NCBI GenBank assembly: GCA_016181585.1
Contig: JACOYX010000016.1
Coordinates: forward strand, 32,467-96,466
DNA: 64,000 bases
Direction: 5' to 3'
Source: Candidatus Sungiibacteriota bacterium
GTDB taxonomy: Bacteria > Patescibacteriota > Minisyncoccia > Sungbacterales > HO2-52-23
Positions within the stretch are counted from its first letter, which is position 1. Every line of letters begins with the position of its first letter. Both the position numbers and the translations under genes were made by a program. The notes under the pieces were generated by a model that ran no database searches, had not been told where the DNA came from, and saw only the letters and a list, made by a program, of their open reading frames with translations. Shown here piece by piece: positions 15,186 to 24,095 of the stretch.

Positions 15186-16583
15186 ATGCCCACCATTGCA
15201 CTCTTTGGAACAAGCGCTAATCCGCCCGGTGAACATCATAGGGAAATAGTACGCGCGGCGGCAAGGATGTTTGATAAAGTAATTATTGTGCCTTGCGGCC
15301 CGCGGACGGATGGAAAACTTACCGTAAACGATATCGCGCCAATTCATCGTGCGATCATGAGTGATTTGGCATTTCGCACAATTGCGCCGAATGTCGAGGT
15401 TGATCTTTCGGATCTGGAGCGCAAATCTTTTACGAAAACCTATGAACTGGATGAGCGTTATCGGCGATATGGGGACGCATATCACATTGTAGGCATGGAT
15501 CTTGTATCGAGAGATATTGGGGGGATCCCGCAAGTTCAAACATGGGAACATGGGTTGGATTTATGGAATAATGCGCGATTTGCCGTTGTGCTTCGCGTGG
15601 GGATACCGTTTAATCCACAAGATATGCCGCCGAACCACATCTTAATTTCCCCGGAAAGAAGCGGTTCGAGTACTGAAATTCGCCGCAACATATTTGAGCA
15701 TAAATCGATTATCGGATTGGTCTCTCCCGAAATTGAAACATATATCGGGCAGTTCGGTCTTTACCGAGAATACAAAAAACACGACCGCATTTTTGTGAAC
15801 ATTTCCGAGCCGCGTATTATTTTCTTTGTGAATCAGCACAGCGAAGAGGCAAGGCGGCTTTACCAAGAAGTCAGGCATCTTGAAAATCAGGAAAATCCGA
15901 ATCTTGTGGTAACGATAGGCGGGGATGGTATCATGACGCATGCTATTCGCGCGCATTGGCGCAGGCGCGTTCCGTTTCTTGGGATTAATGCGGGGCATGA
16001 AGGATTTTTACTGAATGAAAGAGTAGGGCACTTGACTGCGGATTTTTTTAAACAAGAATTTGTTTTGAGAAGTTCGCCTCTCTTGCATGTACGCGCTGTT
16101 GGCGACGATGGCGGGGTGCAGGAAATCATGGCAGTCAACGATGCTTGGATGCAGGTTGAGCCGGGAAATACGGGTTGGTTTGAGTTGTATGTGGACGGAC
16201 GCAGAAAGTTTTCCGAAATCGACCCGGTGGAGGGTGATGGAGTTCTTGTTGCCACTGCGGCGGGATCAACGGCTTACGCCAGAACCATGGGCGCAACACC
16301 CATGCATTACAGCGAGGATAAACTGGTGCTTGTGGGATCGCACATTATCAAACCGTTTTCTTGGAAACAGGGGACTCATTTGCATAACGACGACGCCGAA
16401 GTGCGCATAGTCAATGCCGATAAAAGCGGTTGGCGCAAACTTTTTGGCTTTGCGGACAATCTAAAGCTCGGTCAAGTGAACGAGATGCAAATTCGTTTAA
16501 GCCGTATTGCATCCGCGCACCTTTTGTTTACTCCGCAAAGCGACCGGGAAAAAATCGACAAATACCGATTTCCGAAAAACTAG
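15186..16583 (+). CDS. Fusion protein: NadD-type NMN/NaMN adenylyltransferase (N-terminal) plus NAD kinase (C-terminal)
   Basis: N-terminal half: FGTSANPPGEHH and GSSTEIRRNI (the ISSTxIR motif). C-terminal half: VVTIGGDGIM, GINAGHEGFL and VATAAGSTAYARTMGA (the NAD kinase GGDG, NE/D-like and GSTAY motifs). Confidence 0.8.
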   Translation: MPTIALFGTSANPPGEHHREIVRAAARMFDKVIIVPCGPRTDGKLTVNDIAPIHRAIMSDLAFRTIAPNVEVDLSDLERKSFTKTYELDERYRRYGDAYHIVGMDLVSRDIGGIPQVQTWEHGLDLWNNARFAVVLRVGIPFNPQDMPPNHILISPERSGSSTEIRRNIFEHKSIIGLVSPEIETYIGQFGLYREYKKHDRIFVNISEPRIIFFVNQHSEEARRLYQEVRHLENQENPNLVVTIGGDGIMTHAIRAHWRRRVPFLGINAGHEGFLLNERVGHLTADFFKQEFVLRSSPLLHVRAVGDDGGVQEIMAVNDAWMQVEPGNTGWFELYVDGRRKFSEIDPVEGDGVLVATAAGSTAYARTMGATPMHYSEDKLVLVGSHIIKPFSWKQGTHLHNDDAEVRIVNADKSGWRKLFGFADNLKLGQVNEMQIRLSRIASAHLLFTPQSDREKIDKYRFPKN

Positions 16584-16595
16584 AAAGGAGGATGT

Positions 16596-17840
16596 ATGTC
16601 TCTATTATGGCAGCCAATCATCCAGTCTCGGCTTGATACCGATTTTTACAAATTGACCATGGGTCAATTTGTCTACCATCGTTACCCTGAAGTTCGGGTA
16701 ATGTATGAAATGAAAAACCGCACTAAGAGCGTGCGGATCGCTAATTTTGTAGATGAAAACGATTTGCGAAAGGAATTGAATCATCTGCAGGGGATATGCC
16801 TTACTCCTAAAGAATATTTTAATCTGCGCGATCTTCGTTTTGATGGGCGGAGACGAATGTTTCAAGATGATTATCTGGATTTTTTTCGGGGTCTATTTTT
16901 ACCTGACTACCGCCTTGAAAAAGAAGACGGCGAATATAAGCTCACGTTTCCGGGAAAATGGAGCGAAGCAATATATTGGGAATCGCCGGCGCTTGCCATC
17001 GTTACAGAGCTGACGTACCAAGGCATGATGAAGCAAATGAGTTCTGCAGAACGATCCTTGCATATTGCAACCGGCGCGGAACGAATGGTGAACAAATTAA
17101 AAATCATCCAGAATTATCCCGGAATCAGCTTTATGGAATTCGGTACCAGAAGGCGTTTTAGCCGCGAATGGCAGGATTATGTTATAGCCTCTGCTAAAAT
17201 GCTTGTGCCGCAGCATCTTCTCGGCACTTCGAATGTGTGGATGGCTATGAAGCATGGCATCAAGTCTGGTGGTACGGTAGCGCACGAGACCAGCATGGCT
17301 TTTGCTTGCATTTACCACTCGAACGATGATGAAATTCGCGCTTCGCAAATGAAAATGCTGGATGAGTGGGTACAGGAGTATAGCCCTTATCTTCTTACCG
17401 CTCTCACCGATCTTTATGGCAGCGCATTTTTCTTCTCCGAATTTAAAAGTCGCGCCGCCAAATGGCAGGGCATGCGCCAAGATTCCGGCGATCCTTTTGC
17501 GTTCGCGAAGGCCGCAATCAAGTTCTTTGAGGATTTGTGGATTAATCCGAAAACAAAAACAGTCTTGTTTAGTGACGGACTTGATGTAGACACAATCATA
17601 AAACTACATCTTGCTTTCAGCCAAAGCATTCAGTGCGCTTTTGGCTGGGGAACAAATCTCACGAATGATTTAGATTTTCCTCCGATATCGCTGGTGATAA
17701 AACTAATCGAATGTTGCGGATACCCCGCAGTAAAATTGAGTGACAATCTCGCCAAAGCCACCGGCCCCGCGGAAGAGATTGAGCGGTATAAAAAGATCTT
17801 TCGCCATACCGGAACACTATACGAACCGTGTACGTATTAA
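16596..17840 (+). CDS. pncB: Nicotinate phosphoribosyltransferase
   Basis: LDTDFYKLTMGQ at the N-terminus, FGTRRR, and a length of 414 aa. AGGAGG precedes the ATG. Confidence 0.85.
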   Translation: MSLLWQPIIQSRLDTDFYKLTMGQFVYHRYPEVRVMYEMKNRTKSVRIANFVDENDLRKELNHLQGICLTPKEYFNLRDLRFDGRRRMFQDDYLDFFRGLFLPDYRLEKEDGEYKLTFPGKWSEAIYWESPALAIVTELTYQGMMKQMSSAERSLHIATGAERMVNKLKIIQNYPGISFMEFGTRRRFSREWQDYVIASAKMLVPQHLLGTSNVWMAMKHGIKSGGTVAHETSMAFACIYHSNDDEIRASQMKMLDEWVQEYSPYLLTALTDLYGSAFFFSEFKSRAAKWQGMRQDSGDPFAFAKAAIKFFEDLWINPKTKTVLFSDGLDVDTIIKLHLAFSQSIQCAFGWGTNLTNDLDFPPISLVIKLIECCGYPAVKLSDNLAKATGPAEEIERYKKIFRHTGTLYEPCTY

Positions 17841-17869
17841 ACAACTTTGAGTGAAGCGCATGGCACTTC

Positions 17870-17992
17870 ACTCCTTTATGAAGTTTTTATTCTAACGACC
17901 TACTGCGTAAAGATTTTCGTTACGAAAATCTTTACGCAGTAGGTCTTAAATTTCGTGAAATAAAAACTTCTTGAGGAAAAGTTCTTTACAAA
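17870..17992. repeat. Repeat family S, copy 1: long hairpin element containing a 49-bp near-perfect palindrome (17897-17945)
   Basis: GACCTACTGCGTAAAGATTTTCGT, then T, then ACGAAAATCTTTACGCAGTAGGTC. The outer arms CCTTTATGAAGTTTTTATT and its complement also pair. It is homologous to 19003-19073 and 61547-61612. Confidence 0.85.
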
Positions 17993-17999
17993 ATAGAAA

Positions 18000-18151
18000 G
18001 GGACTGTTGCCGAATTATCTTTGAAGCGAAATTTCAGAAATTCGAGGCAAATTTTTCAAACAAAATTCGAGGCCTACCTGCAAGGTAAGCCAAGAAAAAA
18101 TTTGACCGAATTTATGGAATTGCAGCCAAAGTATAATTCGGCAACAGTCCC
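18000..18151. repeat. Repeat family M, copy 2: 152-bp MITE-like palindromic element
   Basis: Perfect 19-bp terminal inverted repeats (GGGACTGTTGCCGAATTAT). The centre AAATTCGAGGCCTACCTGCAAGGTAAGCC is homologous to copy 1. Confidence 0.85.
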
Positions 18152-18169
18152 AGAAAGGAAAATAATAAT

Positions 18170-18973
18170 ATGATGCCGATAGATTTAGTATTACTCCGTC
18201 ATGGCGAAGCCGAAGGCAACATTGCGGCGGATCGCTCGAAGAAAGGGGACCACGCGCTCTTTACTCCCGAATTTAAGCAACGGCATAGTTCCATTTGGCG
18301 CTTGACCGACAGGGGGATAAAGCAGGCGCAAGCGGCAGGGGTCTGGATGAAAAACCATCTCGGAGTACATTTTTTTGATCGATACCATACTTCCACCCAT
18401 CTTCGCTCAATGGAAACCGCATACAATCTCAATCTGCCCGCCATATGGTATCCAGACATTGATCTCCGCGAACGGGACTGGGGCATATTTGACTGTATGT
18501 CCCAGGAGGAGCGCCATGAAAAATTCGCGGAAGTATTCAAGCGGCGCTCTATTGACGGCTTTTATTGGCGGCCAACAGGCGGAGAAACCATGGCGGAGCT
18601 TTATATCCGCGCATTCAAAATCCCGATTGACACGCTTCACCGCGAATGTTCGGCGAAGCGAGTGCTGATTGTTTCGCACGGCGAAGTCATGTGGATATGG
18701 CGCTTTGGACTCGAACGCATGTATCTTGATCAATATCGCGATCTGGACAATTCCAAAAATACTTTTGATAAAATTCATAATTGCCAGATTTTGCACTATA
18801 GCCGCAGAGATCCCGTAAGCGGAGAATTGTCGCCGCACCTTGACTGGATGCGCTCGATATGTCCGTGGGACATCTCGATTTCTTCCAATGAATGGAGAGA
18901 AATCAAGCGACCCATATATACCAATAGCGAACTTGAACGAATTGTAAGCCAAGTTCCCCGCGTCATTTATTAA
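18170..18973 (+). CDS. Histidine phosphatase superfamily (phosphoglycerate-mutase-like) protein
   Basis: LVLLRHGEAEGN is the RHG catalytic motif, and IVSHGEVM is the second His motif. Confidence 0.7.
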   Translation: MMPIDLVLLRHGEAEGNIAADRSKKGDHALFTPEFKQRHSSIWRLTDRGIKQAQAAGVWMKNHLGVHFFDRYHTSTHLRSMETAYNLNLPAIWYPDIDLRERDWGIFDCMSQEERHEKFAEVFKRRSIDGFYWRPTGGETMAELYIRAFKIPIDTLHRECSAKRVLIVSHGEVMWIWRFGLERMYLDQYRDLDNSKNTFDKIHNCQILHYSRRDPVSGELSPHLDWMRSICPWDISISSNEWREIKRPIYTNSELERIVSQVPRVIY

Positions 18974-19002
18974 TTCTTTTGCGCGAGTTCCGTTTTCAAC
19001 GG

Positions 19003-19073
19003 GACTCCTTTATGGAGCGGCTTATTCTTACGAGAGCAGGTCTCGTGAGAATAGGAAACTCCTTGAGGAAAAG
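19003..19073. repeat. Repeat family S, copy 2
   Basis: ACTCCTTTATGGAG...TTATTCTTACGAGA-GCAGG-TCTCGTGAGAATAGG...CTCCTTGAGGAAAAG is collinear with copy 1. Confidence 0.7.
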
Positions 19074-19106
19074 ATTTTTGAAAACTTAAAACGAGAGGAG
19101 AACAAC

Positions 19107-20069
19107 ATGAAGCGGAAAGAAAAGTCTCCTGTTATTTTCCACTGCCCGCAAATGGAGAATTTAGCCAAGGCGGTTATTACGAGATCCGGAGTATACGCGC
19201 TTGCAAAAGGTATAATTGATTGGAACATATTTCCTGATGGCTCGCTCGACGCGGTGATTGGCGGGCGCGAAAAACGCAGCGGATATATTGCGAGTATGGT
19301 GCGGGGGCGCGATGTAGTGTTTCTTGCATCATTCGATTCACCGGCAGATATCCAGAATCAAATGCTGGTGATCTATCAGCTTGCGCGCCACGAGGCGCAT
19401 TCGCTGAAGATTATTCTGCCGTATTTTCCCGGCACGATGGACCGGGAAGATCAGGAAGGCAGAGTGGTAAACGCAGTAGGATATATGGATCAACTGGCCA
19501 ATATACCGCTCCAGCGCGGTCCGGCTATTGTCATTACGTTTGACTTGCATGTGCCGCATGAGCTTTTCTACCTCGGTCATAACGCGCGATGTCGCGCATT
19601 GAGCGCCTTGCCGCTTTTGAAGGGGCAACGCGCACTTTTGCTATCGCAGGAAAACCATACCGCAGTTGCGTTTCCTGATGACGGTGCATACAAGCGCTTT
19701 GCTCACCTGATGGAACCATTACACAAAATAATATGTTATAAAAAGCGCAACAGAGACGCTCGTAAAGTAGTTATTGTCGAGGGAGATCCGAAGGATCAGC
19801 ATGTCATTATTGTCGATGATATTATTATGACGGGAGCAACCATGCTTGAGTGCAAGAATGTTTTGCTCGAAGCGGGTGCCGCAAGCGTGAGTCTTTTTGC
19901 TTCGCACGGCATTTTTCCGCAGGAATCATGGAAAAAATTTATTGATGCGGGATTTAAGCACATTTGGATCACCGATTCGTGCCCTGAAAGCGCGGGTGCG
20001 GTGCGAGGCCAGAAACCTTTTGAAGTGCTTTCGCTTGCATCGCTTATCGCACATGCAATAACCGAATAG
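19107..20069 (+). CDS. Divergent ribose-phosphate pyrophosphokinase (Prs)-like protein
   Basis: VIIVDDIIMTGATM is a PRPP/ribose-5-P loop, and ITFDLHVPHE corresponds to the DLH motif. The flexible-loop region is TMDREDQEG rather than the canonical ARQDRK. Confidence 0.65.
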   Translation: MKRKEKSPVIFHCPQMENLAKAVITRSGVYALAKGIIDWNIFPDGSLDAVIGGREKRSGYIASMVRGRDVVFLASFDSPADIQNQMLVIYQLARHEAHSLKIILPYFPGTMDREDQEGRVVNAVGYMDQLANIPLQRGPAIVITFDLHVPHELFYLGHNARCRALSALPLLKGQRALLLSQENHTAVAFPDDGAYKRFAHLMEPLHKIICYKKRNRDARKVVIVEGDPKDQHVIIVDDIIMTGATMLECKNVLLEAGAASVSLFASHGIFPQESWKKFIDAGFKHIWITDSCPESAGAVRGQKPFEVLSLASLIAHAITE

Positions 20070-20083
20070 CAATGAGGAAAAAC

Positions 20084-22060
20084 ATGGATATTGGAAAAAA
20101 CAACTATGGATTTATCCGCGTAGCGGCAGTATCTCCGGAAATTAAGATTGGCAACCCGAAGCATAATGCGGAAAACATCATACAATGGCTTCCGACACTG
20201 CGTGATAATGCAATCGCCGTATTTCCGGAAATGTGCCTAACCGGCTATACGGTTGGCGATTTATTTTTTTCGGAGACACTGCAGAAAGCGGCATTGGACG
20301 CGCTCCGCAGACTTCGCAGGGCATCGGGACATTTTGACACTGTTCTGGTCGTTGGGCTTCCTTTAGCAGTTGGCGGCAAACTTTTTAATGTTGCGGCTGT
20401 GGTGCACCATGGAATGATTCTTGGCTTCGTGCCAAAAACATATCTCCCAACCTACAAGGAATTTTACGAAAAGCGCTGGTTCTATTCAGCACGAGAACTT
20501 ACTGAAAGCTTTGTAGAGTTTGATGGACTGCGTATTCCTATCGGAGCAGATCTGCTATTTCCCATGAAAGGCACGCCTGGTGCAGTGCTCGGAGTAGAAA
20601 TTTGTGAGGATCTGTGGGCGGCGATTCCGCCGAGTTCTCTGCAAGCGCTTCATGGCGCGACGATCATCGCCAATATCTCCGCATCAAATGATCTTATCGG
20701 TAAATCGGATTATCGGCGGAAACTTGTAGAACAGCAGTCCGCTCGAGGAATGTGCGGATACATATATTCATCCTGCGGATCGGGAGAATCTTCAACCGAT
20801 GTGGTATTCGGCGGACATCTCATGATTGCAGAGAACGGAACCATTTTAGAGGAACGCAGGGGTAATTATTTTGGTCCGCTCCATGCGGCAATAGAAATAG
20901 ACATTTGGCATCTTCTCCATGATCGCGGACAAACTTCTGATTTCGGCGAGGGTGTGCGCACGGTGAAGCTTGAAAAACCATTTCGAAGGCAGGAAATCAA
21001 AAATACTGATAAGATTATCACATCGCTTTCCCGGATTATCGATCCTATGCCGTTTGTGCCCTATGGCGGAGATGAGCGTAACATAAGGACGGCGGAAATT
21101 TTCTCAATTCAGGTGCGCGGACTTGTACAACGCATGAGGGCAACAGGAATCAAAGACCTTGTTCTGGGGCTTTCGGGAGGGCTTGATTCCACTCTTGCGT
21201 TTCTTTTGGCGGCAGAAGCGGCCAACATTCTTGAAGGTCGAGTATTCATATTTTCTCTGCCTGCCGCAGCGACCTCGCCGCGTACGAAAAACAACGCAAA
21301 ACGTCTGGCAGACGAGCTTCAGGATTTGAAAGGGACACCCGTGCTATTTAAAGAAATAGATATTCGTGCAGGAGTTCGCCAGCAATTGCAAGATTTGGAG
21401 AGAAGCGAATCTGCCGAAGATACCGTATTTGAAAACACGCAGGCGCGGTATCGGACGATGCTTCTTTTGAACCACGCAAATTCTGTGCACGGACTTGTAG
21501 TTGGCACTGGAGATCTTTCGGAGCTTGCACTCGGCTGGTGCACATTCAATGGCGACCATATAAGCCACTACAATGTAAATTGCAGTATACCAAAAACGCT
21601 TGTGAAACATATTGTGGAGTGGTATGCGAAAAAATGTGCTCCGGATAAACTTGGGCGGGTGTTGGAAGATGTATTGAATACCGAGTATTCGCCTGAATTA
21701 ACCGGAGACGGTGCGGCTCTTACCCAAAAAACCGAAGAGTTAATCGGCCCCTACAAACTTCACGACTTCTTTTTATATCACTTCATTCGCTGGGGATCTG
21801 GTCCGGAAAAGATTTTCTTTCTGGCCAAAGAGGCCTTTAAAGAAAAATATTCCGGACAGGAAATTAGAAAATGGCTCGGCGTGTTTTTTAAAAGGTTTTT
21901 TGAAAACCAATGGAAGCGATCGGTAATGCCTGATGGTCCGAAAGTGGGTTCGGTATCGCTCTCGCCGCGCGGCGATTGGCGCATGCCGTCGGATATGGAC
22001 GGCGCGCTATGGCTTGCGGCAGTAGATAACATACAAGTAGAAGAGCAAAATAAAAAATAA
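20084..22060 (+). CDS. nadE: Glutamine-dependent NAD+ synthetase (nitrilase domain plus PP-loop synthetase domain)
   Basis: N-terminal CN-hydrolase features (EICEDLW) and the C-terminal LGLSGGLDSTLA PP-loop. About 658 aa. Confidence 0.85.
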   Translation: MDIGKNNYGFIRVAAVSPEIKIGNPKHNAENIIQWLPTLRDNAIAVFPEMCLTGYTVGDLFFSETLQKAALDALRRLRRASGHFDTVLVVGLPLAVGGKLFNVAAVVHHGMILGFVPKTYLPTYKEFYEKRWFYSARELTESFVEFDGLRIPIGADLLFPMKGTPGAVLGVEICEDLWAAIPPSSLQALHGATIIANISASNDLIGKSDYRRKLVEQQSARGMCGYIYSSCGSGESSTDVVFGGHLMIAENGTILEERRGNYFGPLHAAIEIDIWHLLHDRGQTSDFGEGVRTVKLEKPFRRQEIKNTDKIITSLSRIIDPMPFVPYGGDERNIRTAEIFSIQVRGLVQRMRATGIKDLVLGLSGGLDSTLAFLLAAEAANILEGRVFIFSLPAAATSPRTKNNAKRLADELQDLKGTPVLFKEIDIRAGVRQQLQDLERSESAEDTVFENTQARYRTMLLLNHANSVHGLVVGTGDLSELALGWCTFNGDHISHYNVNCSIPKTLVKHIVEWYAKKCAPDKLGRVLEDVLNTEYSPELTGDGAALTQKTEELIGPYKLHDFFLYHFIRWGSGPEKIFFLAKEAFKEKYSGQEIRKWLGVFFKRFFENQWKRSVMPDGPKVGSVSLSPRGDWRMPSDMDGALWLAAVDNIQVEEQNKK

Positions 22061-22092
22061 ATCCTATGAGGCTAAGCCTCATAGGATTTTTA
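22061..22092. terminator. Bidirectional terminator between nadE and the convergent PLP-enzyme gene
   Basis: 12-bp stem ATCCTATGAGGC / GCCTCATAGGAT with T-runs on both strands. Confidence 0.75.
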
Positions 22093-22136
22093 TTGTTCAA
22101 AGATAATTCTACACGAAAATATTTGATTAGCAGGTT

Positions 22137-23435
22137 TTATGAATTTACTGCAGCCAACGCCTCATCAAGTGCATCCATAATGGTGCTGAGCTCCGGAAGA
22201 GGGTTTCCGTCTCCGAAATCCGCAACAATCCGTCCCGATGAAAACCGCACCAGATTATTTTTTATATCGCTCTGAAAATTGTCTACCGCATCGCATGTGG
22301 CGTGGCTTAATCCAGCAGGGGATTCAACCGAGTACACCGATCCGCCGAGCGATGCCTTGTGCATGATTTGCGAATTATTGTTGAGGTGATACAGAAACCG
22401 CATTGTCCGTTGAAAATCGGCATTTTTCAGATAAAACGCAACCATGCCGCCATGATATTTTTTGCCGTCAATCGTCTCGAGATACTTTAATGCGTTAGCT
22501 CGCTGGGGATAGGAACCAAGCCCTGGATATGTTACGCGTTCTACCAGGAAATGCTGTTCGAGAAAATACGCAATGGCAAGCGCGTTGTGGCTCTGCTGTC
22601 GTATTCGCTCCATTAGGGTTGGCAGACAGAAGTTATAAGTAAGCCATGCTTCTATCGGTCCCAAGACCGCGCCGAGCTCTGTGCTATATTCCATGAGTTC
22701 CTGCCAAAATCGCGGACAACGCTCAAAAAACGCTTTCGAAACACTGCAATGCCCCATGAGCCACGACGATTCGCCGACAAAATATTTGGTATCGCTCGCG
22801 ACCGCGATATCTATGCCCCATTTAAAAGGCTGAAATAACCCGTAGAGAAATGTTGTATCGCAAATCACCATGATATCGCGCACGCATTTGTGGGCGATAT
22901 GCACAATCCCTTCTACATCCGGCATTGTGAGTGTTGGGTTGCCTGCCATTTCAAAAAATATGGCGCGTGTTGCGGGACCGATAGCATCGGAGAGTTTGAA
23001 TCGCAAGTTTGGATCATTTGCCTGAAGAAAAGTGACTAAAATATTATGCGAAGCGCTTCGCGTGAGTTTGCGGAGCCACATGTAGGTGCCTCCGTACACG
23101 GGAAGCAAAACAATGATATGGATCGGTCCTTTTATCTCCGCCGCGGCGGCAAGAGCGGCGGTAACCGCCGCCATTCCTGAAGCAAACACACGGCACTTTG
23201 CCGCTCCTTCAAAATTGCAAATCCATTGTTCAAGATTGTCCACATCCGGCTGTCCCGCAACCCTAGAATAAAGATTATATTCCCCACGAAGCCCCCTCTT
23301 AAATGCGTCGTCATCCTGAATAGGATCGGAAACGTGCAAGTGAGGCGGGGGAAGATCGTATGCCGCCGCCAGTTTTTCAATGGACAACAGCGCTTCGGCG
23401 CCAGTACGTTGTCTTATTTTTTTCTTTCGTGCCAT
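22137..23435 (-). CDS. Cys/Met-metabolism PLP-dependent enzyme (cystathionine gamma-synthase / methionine gamma-lyase family), divergent
   Basis: DIAVASDTKYFVGES approximates the family PLP-lysine signature with two deviations. GGAGG precedes ATG 23435. Confidence 0.65.
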   Translation of the reverse strand: MARKKKIRQRTGAEALLSIEKLAAAYDLPPPHLHVSDPIQDDDAFKRGLRGEYNLYSRVAGQPDVDNLEQWICNFEGAAKCRVFASGMAAVTAALAAAAEIKGPIHIIVLLPVYGGTYMWLRKLTRSASHNILVTFLQANDPNLRFKLSDAIGPATRAIFFEMAGNPTLTMPDVEGIVHIAHKCVRDIMVICDTTFLYGLFQPFKWGIDIAVASDTKYFVGESSWLMGHCSVSKAFFERCPRFWQELMEYSTELGAVLGPIEAWLTYNFCLPTLMERIRQQSHNALAIAYFLEQHFLVERVTYPGLGSYPQRANALKYLETIDGKKYHGGMVAFYLKNADFQRTMRFLYHLNNNSQIMHKASLGGSVYSVESPAGLSHATCDAVDNFQSDIKNNLVRFSSGRIVADFGDGNPLPELSTIMDALDEALAAVNS

Positions 23436-23640
23436 ACCGCCTCCAATATCGTTATATAGTAGTACGAACTGGCTAGACTCTAGCACAATAAGCTGGTAAA
23501 AACAAACGAAAAAGCGGGCATCGTTGCGCCCGCATTTTTTTCTAAAGAATACTCAACTGTAATTCCGCTCTTGACGTCGCTCATGGTCGTCTTGCTCCTC
23601 GAATAACCGGTTTTTAGGTCCATAATGGACTGTAGAACTT
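23436..23640 (-). promoter_or_regulatory. About 200-nt 5' leader containing an intrinsic terminator (23499-23541) upstream of the PLP-enzyme gene
   Basis: On the minus strand, GCGGGC-loop-GCCCGC followed by TTTTTCGTTTGTTTTT lies about 60 nt before the start codon. A 34-codon ORF (23584-23480) with a GAGGAG SD runs through the hairpin. Confidence 0.4.
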
Positions 23641-23813
23641 CCCGAACAGTAATACATTATATTATATCAATTATTGTCAAACAAAAAATCAGGGCTGATA
23701 CTGTTAATAACTGCTGTTTCTGCATGGTTTAAAATATGGTACTATAAAATTATAGTTAGAATTTTCATCTCTCACTACGATAAAATGTTTAACAAAACTC
23801 CTATTGGACATCA

Positions 23814-24077
23814 ATGAAATCCGTATCACTTGAAGAACTTTCCTCGCCCGGATGCCATGTTTGCAAGGCGTTTGAAGAGTTTTGGCATTCTATAGAAAAA
23901 GATTGGCCGAATGTGGCTTATAAAAATATCAGCGTCATAACGCCGGAAGGGCAGGCGCTTGCCGGGAAGCACATGATTTTCGCTTCCCCGGGAATCATTA
24001 TAAACGGAGAACTTTTTTCCACAGGAGGGTTTGATAAAAGCAAATTTTTGCAAAAATTAAAAGAGGCTTCGACTTAG
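23814..24077 (+). CDS. Thioredoxin-fold protein (glutaredoxin-like, CHVC active site)
   Basis: 87 aa. SSPGCHVCKAFEE is followed by a beta-strand pattern typical of small thioredoxin-like proteins. Confidence 0.6.
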   Translation: MKSVSLEELSSPGCHVCKAFEEFWHSIEKDWPNVAYKNISVITPEGQALAGKHMIFASPGIIINGELFSTGGFDKSKFLQKLKEAST

Positions 24078-24095
24078 TAATTAATAATTTATTGT

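Noticed and set aside
23436-23640. SAM (S-box) riboswitch or T-box upstream of the Cys/Met PLP enzyme
   Set aside because: I could not find the conserved SAM-I core (GAGGGA...GGCCC...GCAACC) or the T-box sequence. I kept only the weaker claim of a terminator-containing leader.
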